This document shows, piece after piece, positions 55,701 to 64,000 of a stretch of 64,000 nucleotides of DNA. Numbering within the stretch: position 1 is the stretch's first letter; every line of letters starts with the position of its first letter. The notes beneath the pieces were generated by a model, which saw only the letters and a list, made by a program, of their open reading frames with translations, ran no database searches and had not been told where the DNA came from. The translations under genes were made by a program, and so were the position numbers. Source of the DNA: Trichoplax adhaerens (Eukaryota; Animalia; Placozoa); contig NW_002060943.1 of assembly GCF_000150275.1 (NCBI RefSeq), positions 6,096,008 to 6,160,007 of the forward strand, in the 5' to 3' direction.

Positions 55701-58700
55701 ACTGGAAATTTCACCAGGCGATAAATCACTCTCTAATTGTAAATGGAAACCTCTGCCTTTATTATACACAATTTCTACGGGAATATTATACTTTTCATGG
55801 AGGAAATTTTTTAGTGCTAAAAAAGAAATTTTATTGCATTTTTCTAGTAATTGCTTTTTATCACTAAACAAATCAATGAAGAAACTTACAAGCCAAATCA
55901 TCAATACTTTCCTCATAAACTTTACGAATTACATTTAAATGTCCTATTATGATATTAAAAATAAAAAAAGCGGTCAATAACGATCGAATAGAAAATATTT
56001 AATTTTATTTGATTTCTTGATAAGGCTAAATGATTTACCATTAATTTCTGGCTACAGGTATAAAGAGAGCAGCTATTAATTTAGTATCATAATAAAAGCT
56101 CCAAAACGAAAACAAGTATTTAATTCAATATCCAAACTATTTATGATAATAAGATCTTACTCTCACTGCAAAACAAATCTGTGCCCTAAAATTTAAAGTT
56201 CCCTTTTCTAATGTTGCGTTCTCGTCTATAACTTTGTTAATTTCGTTGATCATAGTTTGGAAGTGACAATCATCTAAAGACTAAAATTACCCATGGCCTA
56301 TCAATACTGAAGAATTGTGATACATTGAGTATATTTGGCTTACTACCTGATAAATACTTTGCAACAGCGTAGATTTAACTCCATGTAGTCTAACAATTAA
56401 GGATTTAACAGCTTCCAATGAATTTCTTAAACGAATAATGTCTGCAATTCTAGCTTCAGCATTTTTGAAACTCTCAATTTTCGGTATTTGCACGCAAGCT
56501 CGCAGCATATTGCTAATATCACAAAACTTGTCTATAGCTATTAAAAATTTAATGATAGCTTTATCAATTTATACTGTACAGCAGTAATAATTAATTAATA
56601 CAAAGACGGTAAACATCTTAATGCTATGTGTGGTACGGTACCCCACCCATTGGTAAAGATTTCAATCAAACGATACCGTATTACATTTTTAAATTATGGT
56701 ATAGAATTACCTGATCTCAATGGACCATAAATTTCCTGTATATATGCATGATTTTGATTGTAAGAAATCAGAGTAAAAATTTCGGCAGTAACAAATACCA
56801 CCCTTAATCGATATCTTTAAATACGCTTATATGTATACCGGTACCTGTTTCATGGCCAATTCTAGAAAGATACCAGGTACAAATATCAGTAAAAATGGCC
56901 CGATTGTATGGTTATGATACAAACTAAGATTTGGGAATAATACATATACATTGTACAACCTTCAACACTATCGAGTCTTTCTTCCAATTTTTTCTTATCT
57001 ATATAAGATAAAAAGAGAAAACTATACTTTAATTTGATTATTAACTCAAACTTTAAAAACCTAATTATTTATGCTTTATATTATAAGCACATGTTTCGAA
57101 GGGTTTATCTTACCGCTACACGGTTGGAGAATACTAGATCTTAGGAGTCGAGCTAACAAAGAATAGATAACTGGTGAGATTATATGTGACCATAAGTCTG
57201 CATGAAAGCGATTTAATGCACCTTATAGCAGTATTAATATTGATATATTCTTTAAAATTTAATTAAACTAACAATATCAGTTAACTAGATAGATATTCGC
57301 CTGTGGCTCGAATGAGATTTACTATTTTGTGGCCTTACTACATGGCTTACCTCCCACCTTCGTTCTTGTATGATCTAAAACCCTAAATAAGCAATCTTTA
57401 CTTGATCTACTGGTTACATTATAAATAAGCTCCAAATTCCTAACGGAATTAGCGTCAATTGTTGTGACAGCATAACCTCTGGAGTACTCAGTTTTAAGCG
57501 ATGATGGCGCATAACAAAAATCTTGCTTAAATTCTATATATTTCAGGAGAGCCTTAATATACAAACAATATATATTTTACGAGTTAAGCCTTAATTAGAG
57601 TAAAAAATACATTTAATGATCAATAAAACATAATTATCTGCCACAGACTGCCTCTTACAGATACTGCTGACAAACAGAAATTCCTGAAAGAAAAGGAAAA
57701 TAGTTACAGTGCACGGTAACGATGAACGAACAGCTACAAGAATTGTAAGGAATGATTTCTGTAATATATGATACGGTACTTGGATAAAATTTCTTCTGCA
57801 TTGGCTGCTTGGTATTCAGGCAAGCAAACATTCATTAATAACCGATAGCCTAAAGGGGAATCATATTATTTTGTACTGGTGAGATTACCACGACTCCAAA
57901 TTTTTGAAGATAGTATCAGTAGTAGTATGTAACTCTAGCAGGAAATATCATTTCAGTTCACCTTCCTTCCAATTATAATATTTTTGAGGAAATGATAGTA
58001 TCTCAATATTAGGAAAGCGCTGTCTTAAAACCGCTTGCAATTTCGATTTTTTGAGGTTTTTTTCGTTGATCTCTTTCGGTATCAATATCTGTAATATTCG
58101 ATGCCAATAGATATGCTCAAATAACATACATCGTTGTATTATTATTTATAGTTTATTTATCACTAGTCATGAAGTCATTCGTAGAGCGGCGCTACCTTTA
58201 TTAAATCAATTTTGCGTTAGTTGTTACTGTATTACCTGCATTGGATCCAGAATTTGCAGTTCAGTGATGGTTTTTATATATTTTTGACGATCTGTATACT
58301 TTTCGAGTAAAAATATAGCAGATTGAAGTATATTTTTGTGAATTAAATAAAGCTCCTAAATGATAGCCTCACAATATGAATTCATGCTATTGAGCTATAA
58401 ATGTTTCTTACACAAATTAGGCCATTAAATCCATGCGAAACAAGTAGTATTTATTATACCTGCAACAGTACTAATTCAGGATGTTTCAAGTCGATACTAG
58501 CGATTCCAATCTCATAACCATTCAAAGTATTCCCTTCTGTAATTGCTGTTATTGAAATTATGCAATCATGGCCATACCGATTGATCTCATGTTAGATAGT
58601 GATTTCTTGTAGATCAAGTAGATTATAACAAGCGCAACTGACACTATACCCTAGTGGCCATTAAACGTCAAGCTATTTAGTAAAAGAACTAATAACATCT

Positions 58701-60223
58701 GCTAACGAAACCTGGTACCTACCGGTAACCACTTGTGTGATAGCTGTTTGTTGATTTACTGTGCTTTGACAGGAATATGACGTCTGCCGTTTAAGGATGG
58801 AATTGGCCTTTGGTGTAGTAAATGGCGTTGCCATGGCTGAATGACTAACATTTTCAGGCAAGACTGATAACGGAGTACTATTTATATCCGTGGTTGAAGT
58901 TTGATCGTACAAAAATATTACACATGCATTAAATTTAGCTAGGTTTTAAGAGCTCATATTTGTAAATCAGAAGCTTGTATTGAAATCGTAGCTATTTTGG
59001 AACGTACTGTTGTATGAAAGATATAAATGAGCTATTTATTACATAGTAAAATACTACTGTTTACTATTGCCACCCGCTTGTATCCTTACATTTTGGAAAT
59101 TTCCTGATCGATTAGTTTATTAGAGCATTTACTTTTCTTTATAGCGTTTGATTTTGGCATGATTGAAGATTTGGAGCTCAAAAAATCTGTACGAAAATAT
59201 CTTCTAGCTAATGTTTGAATGAAAGTTCAAGCTGATGTCAATTACGAATGAAGTGAAATGATATATTCTAAATTACAATTGTACAAGAACTAGAAAACAT
59301 GTGATGCAGTTTATAATTGTTTGATGTTACATTCTGGTTATTATAGCTACTATGTTTTAGCTTTCTATTAAAAAGAATGTAACTACTTCTTTATAGTCTT
59401 GTATTCGTTACTATCGTAGAGGTAATGCTAAGCAAGCTACAGAATGCATTTATCCATATTACAAAGCTAGTATTATTTTATACAGAATCAAGTTCAGCAT
59501 ATGTTTGAGTTATCGTACTTACACAAGTATTCATCTCATTTTGGGTCATGCATATATAGTACGCAATAAGTACTTATCAAGAGTAGTTTATGTCATATTT
59601 AGACTGATTTATTTATTTTATGCTTAATTTAATTGATAACTGTTTTCATTTGTATATATAACTATCTTATTCTATGAAGATTCAACTCACTATAGACGTC
59701 ATGAGCGCCCGATATACATATAGTCCAAGCCTACAGTATACCCCTATCATACAGTTACAAATACCGTACTCCCTTATAAATTAATAGGGAATCTCTAACA
59801 CAGTTGTAGTTTGATACTACGTATACTCGTATTTTCAAATAATTTATACTAGATAAGAGTACTTATCCTATTAGGTGAGAACTTCAATGGCCATAGGCAA
59901 AAAAATAAGTATTTTATCAGAATTTAAACCTAAGTATATAGGTAAATCACATGCATTCCTTGGTACTACTCCGGTTTAATAATGATTAAGCGATTACATT
60001 ATGTATCATTGCATTTTCTTTAAAATTTTATCTGTGGACCCATATTCACTGTAGATTTAATTTACGGTGAAGAAAATTCCAATGCAAAAACAATTTCTAA
60101 CCGTATACAATCCATTAGATAGCTTGATACTAGTCCACAATTTAATAATTAGAATAACATGCTGTAGCTCCTCTAATTAAATTCAATTCTTCCAATGTAC
60201 TTACAGTTACCGTGAGCCTCCAT
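52721..60223 (-). CDS. MSH4: MutS homolog 4 (meiotic MutS-gamma subunit), many small exons; 5' end uncertain
   Basis: AITEG...EIGIASIDLKHPELVLLQ (58461-58547), FCLSAVSALLKYIEFKQ..YAPSSL, IDANSVRNLEL, IKDGRHPIL, Walker A [29 protein letters not shown], Walker B IIIDELGKGT, THF, YGINLAELSSLP. No mismatch-binding domain I is evident. The start codon (candidate ATG 60223, MEAH) is not secure. Confidence 0.92.
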
Positions 60224-62872
60224 TGCTGGCGTATTTATTCCTAGAAAAAAAATGTCAGCTTTGCAATTTCGACAAGAACGTACTGTATACCAATTTTTTT
60301 CACAGAAAATGATATAGACAGCATACATATCGGGCTTAAGAAGTTGACAACTTGACTTGAGAATCACTGCAACGTGTGAAGAATAATAGAATAATGGATA
60401 TCTATTGTCATTTCTTATCATCATTGAGTCAGTCACCCGAGTAAAAACGTACTTTTCGCGTCCTACTAACCAATCACAATCCAATTTTGAGGTATATCTC
60501 AAGTAGGTATCGCTGCATGTGTGTCAACCGCATCGAGCGATTCATCTATCTACAATTGTCTACGTAAACAGTCAGTTTTTAGTCTATTGTTGATCATTAT
60601 TTTAAGGATTAATACGTATGAAGCATCCCATGCGGTCAAAGTACAAATGTCGCTTGCTCTTGCTAAAGTTTATAGCAATACTTTTGAAGGGTAATCTAGG
60701 CGATGCCTTGCTCACGATACACTATGTATCTGTGCAATTTCTAATTTATGGATCTATGCCTATAGCATAGAAGACGTACTTATGCTGTCTATGATTGAAC
60801 TATAACTTAATGATAACCCTTAATAAATAGCAAACAGTTCCCAGAACTAGTGGCATACGTTATAATTATGCCCTTTTATGAGTAAAGCCGAAGATCAAAT
60901 GAATAGTGTACGACACTGTAATATTTACATTCTATATTAAGAAGAGTTTAACCCATGTAGTTGAGAAGAACACCATGGGTCTAAAATACTCATTTCCTAG
61001 TATGTTACGACATATTCTCTTCATTGCGGCATTGATAATAAGGTAGAGAATGGGTAAATTCTAACGAGGGTTCAAAGATTTTATTGAGTTCATACGAATA
61101 GTTTTAATAGCCAACATGTGGAGAGTATAGACTTAGTATAATACCGTATACACGTACTTAATGACAATGTTATGAGGTAATCCATTTGGATACGCGTGCA
61201 ACTATTATGCGCTCATACTTATGTTATCTAGCTGCAAGATTTAAGATACACATGTGCAATGGAATCAACCGATATTTTTTCTAAAGGTTACGAAAACTAA
61301 AATTTTATGTTGACAAACACTTGCTTTCATCCTTCATCTGTCGGTTATCTGTCTCTTCCATCTAATATTATATGATAATAGTGTTTTAAAGCGCCGCGAA
61401 AAAAATACTGAAAATCTATTGAACTATAATACTGGAAAGGTGTTTCCAGAGCAACACTTCAATAATAAATATGAAGCTGTAGTTAAATAGCCGTTGGCTA
61501 GGTAGATTTATTTATCTTGTAAACCATTAATTATTCATTATCTGACAATCCGTATGATCATATCTAATTTTAATGTACCTAGAATTATATTAATTAATCA
61601 GATATTTTTCATCACAACCTAAAAGACTTATGTGATAAGAACTGGAAAGATCACCGGCTAGAAATACAAGTAACAGAATAAGACATTTTTACGTTCAGCA
61701 AATTTTATCTACTGCTTATGTTACATCTGAATTAATTATTAATATGTTAAATTGAAAAGATTTACCCGAGGTATTATCGTAAAGGAATAAAAGAATTAAC
61801 AATATGAACCGAGCGAAATGATATCGCCATTCTAGGATTAATTCATACGCAAGACATAAGCACGATTTTACTAATATAGAGTTTAACGCTAGTAGTATTC
61901 ACAAAGTTACAATTAACTTTTAAAAATTATTTTCTGTAGTAATTATACATTATTTCAAAGTCGTTGCACCTTTGAAGTTAAGATAAAGGTTCAATATAAA
62001 ATTTATAAGCGTATTAGATTAAGTTTGCTAATTAATGTAGAAGGTATCACCAAGTGTGCTGTAGAATTCAATAAAATGGAATTTACATTAAAAAAATCAA
62101 AATGCATTCGTTTCTGTAAATGTTAGAGAATGCATAGTCCATGTGTAATAACGTAAGCTTTGCAAAATGTAAAATAAGCACACAGTACCAAAATATTCAC
62201 ATACTGTTGAAATAATACTATTGTAACCTAAAACTTATATATCAATGATGCCTAGTTGATTACTAGATAAGCAAATATGCTACATCAACACAGTTACATG
62301 ATTATTATCCCTCCGTATTTCCTTTCTTACTATGTACGTCAAGGTTACGCAAATATTTAAACACACCTTCATGATTGCTAATACCTGTATACTGTTCTGT
62401 TAGCTAATTTTGTACCAGCTCAACAAGCCAGTTGTTACTTACGTAGATATAGCACCCATAAGTTTCAAATAATAATCATAGTACCGATTTATATTGATAT
62501 AATGTAGACCATTTATGTGATTTTTATGCGTATGATCAAGCGCAGGCACGACGCTTAAAGTTAAATATGAAGTCAACAAACTCAGAATCATCGATTCCAG
62601 GAGAGCTCTCACAAGTTATACCATGCTGTAAGTAAAGGGTAAAGAATAAAGTTAATACGACATGAGCTATAAAAAGGAATTTGCTCCTTGTGAATTTTAG
62701 TACAGCATAAAATAAATGGAAGACGAGCCGCCATGATTGTAAGTACCTTGGTACTTGAAAAAGCGCGAATCGTATAACAGCCGCTTAAAAAGAAAGGAGC
62801 TGGCACTTTAATAGTTTGAACGTTATTCTATTAAGTAAACAAAAAGATGGTCCTTAATTTAGTAAAACAATT

Positions 62873-63936
62873 CTATGCTGATTTCTCTGAGGTTATCAGA
62901 CATACAGCGCGAAAGAAACGATATTCATGTGCATCATATCTTGGTGGTGTAATAGAAGTTCCACAACAGGTAGTTTCAGATTCGATAATGCCACAAAATA
63001 GTAGTTCCATTTTTTTGGCAAAACTAACATGGAAATATCGAAATTATTTAAGTTTTTACTTTTGATTAATAGAAATTGATAAGAATTTTTTAAATTACCT
63101 TAAGTTGATAGTAATCGGCACCAACGCAGTTGTCGAATTGATTGGTATAGAATATGAATAATTACTCGGCCTGTAGAAGTGTATTTGAACATATGCGATT
63201 AATACAAATAGTAAAAAATAATGGCGAAGCTTCTATGAGTTTACACGCCAAGACAATAGTTACGGTAATGTGTACTCACCCACACGATAGACAGTTAACT
63301 TGATTTTGTATAACATAATTGCCTTCAAAGATCTGAGTGCGAGGTAACTCAGTTGGATCAGGTATAGTAACATGTCCATCGTCTTTAAGAGTAGTTAGAA
63401 ACAACGTTTAACATAAAACGAAATGAAAAATTATACTGTAGAATAATTAAAACAATAAATTGCAATTACTATTTGTCATTGGACGCATATTGTTCGAAGT
63501 ATCCATCTGCTCAGGGCTGGGTTTAGGGGTGGTCGAGATATTTATTGTAGACGCTGACGCATCAGCACCACTAGGACAGCATTTTATTGTATATATATTC
63601 TTTCCAGGATTAGGCGGCTTTACGGTAGGGTTTTTAGGCCAAGTTCCCATATTTTCAGCAGTGGGAACAAGCACTGGCTTTTCTGTAGAAGCTGATACTA
63701 TTACTGAGTCGGTGGGCTTATCTAAAGTACCAGGTAAATTCCCATCTGGAGTATCACGTTGCAAATGCAATACGTAGAGAGTGACAATTGCTCCAATACT
63801 AAATGCACAAAAAGGTACAAAACTTTAATTAGTAAATTTCAAATTTTTATGACGATTTAGGTCTCCTATTACTACTTCTACAAGTCATGAAAACTAACCA
63901 CAATAACATGACCAGGATAAATATTGCCATAATCAT
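62873..63936 (-). CDS. putative secreted/membrane Pro/Thr-rich protein of unknown function; 3' end uncertain
   Basis: Hydrophobic leader MIMAIFILVMLLWLVFMTCRS (ATG 63936), then in-frame exons ~63470-63746 (P/T-rich), 63281-63384 and 63099-63171 with canonical GT-AG sites. Cys pairs KCCP, CLSC, TCCG. May continue to the ORF at 62609-62806. Confidence 0.45.
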
Positions 63937-64000
63937 ATGAAGGTAAGAATGGGTGAAGAAAAATCCAGAATTTCTAGGTGGTGTCTAATTTTACAGTACA

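Noticed and set aside
60173-60502. 109-aa ORF upstream of MSH4
   Set aside because: It spans the probable promoter (CCAAT box at ~60470), 5'UTR and intron; only the short MEAH segment may be coding.
63460-63777. Plus-strand 105-aa hydrophobic ORF
   Set aside because: Antisense mirror of the Pro/Thr-rich exon, which has splice support on the minus strand.

Overview
AT-rich, gene-dense eukaryotic DNA with short GT-AG introns. The compact architecture and gene content suggest a non-bilaterian animal, most likely a placozoan such as Trichoplax; this is inferred, not proven. Genes reconstructed by hand, left to right: an acidic two-exon orphan gene (+), an intronless ~98-aa DUF4286/ABM-like protein (-), a single-exon GT14 core-2/I-branching GlcNAc-transferase with altered catalytic residues (-), KRR1 (+), NDUFA9 (-), GALK2 (+), a GABA-B-like class C GPCR (+), a myotubularin phosphatase with an unusual C2 + PH-GRAM + PTP + FYVE architecture (-), a choline/ethanolamine kinase (+), meiotic MSH4 (-) and a putative secreted Pro/Thr-rich protein (-). 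Non-coding structure includes a 4x62-bp minisatellite, a ~420-bp tandem duplication in the NDUFA9/GALK2 divergent promoter, clusters of a TACAGTA/TACTGTA motif at divergent promoters, a degenerate telomere-like hexamer array and several micro-exons. No tRNA, rRNA, CRISPR array or transposase was recognised. Exon boundaries were read by eye and may be off by a few bases.
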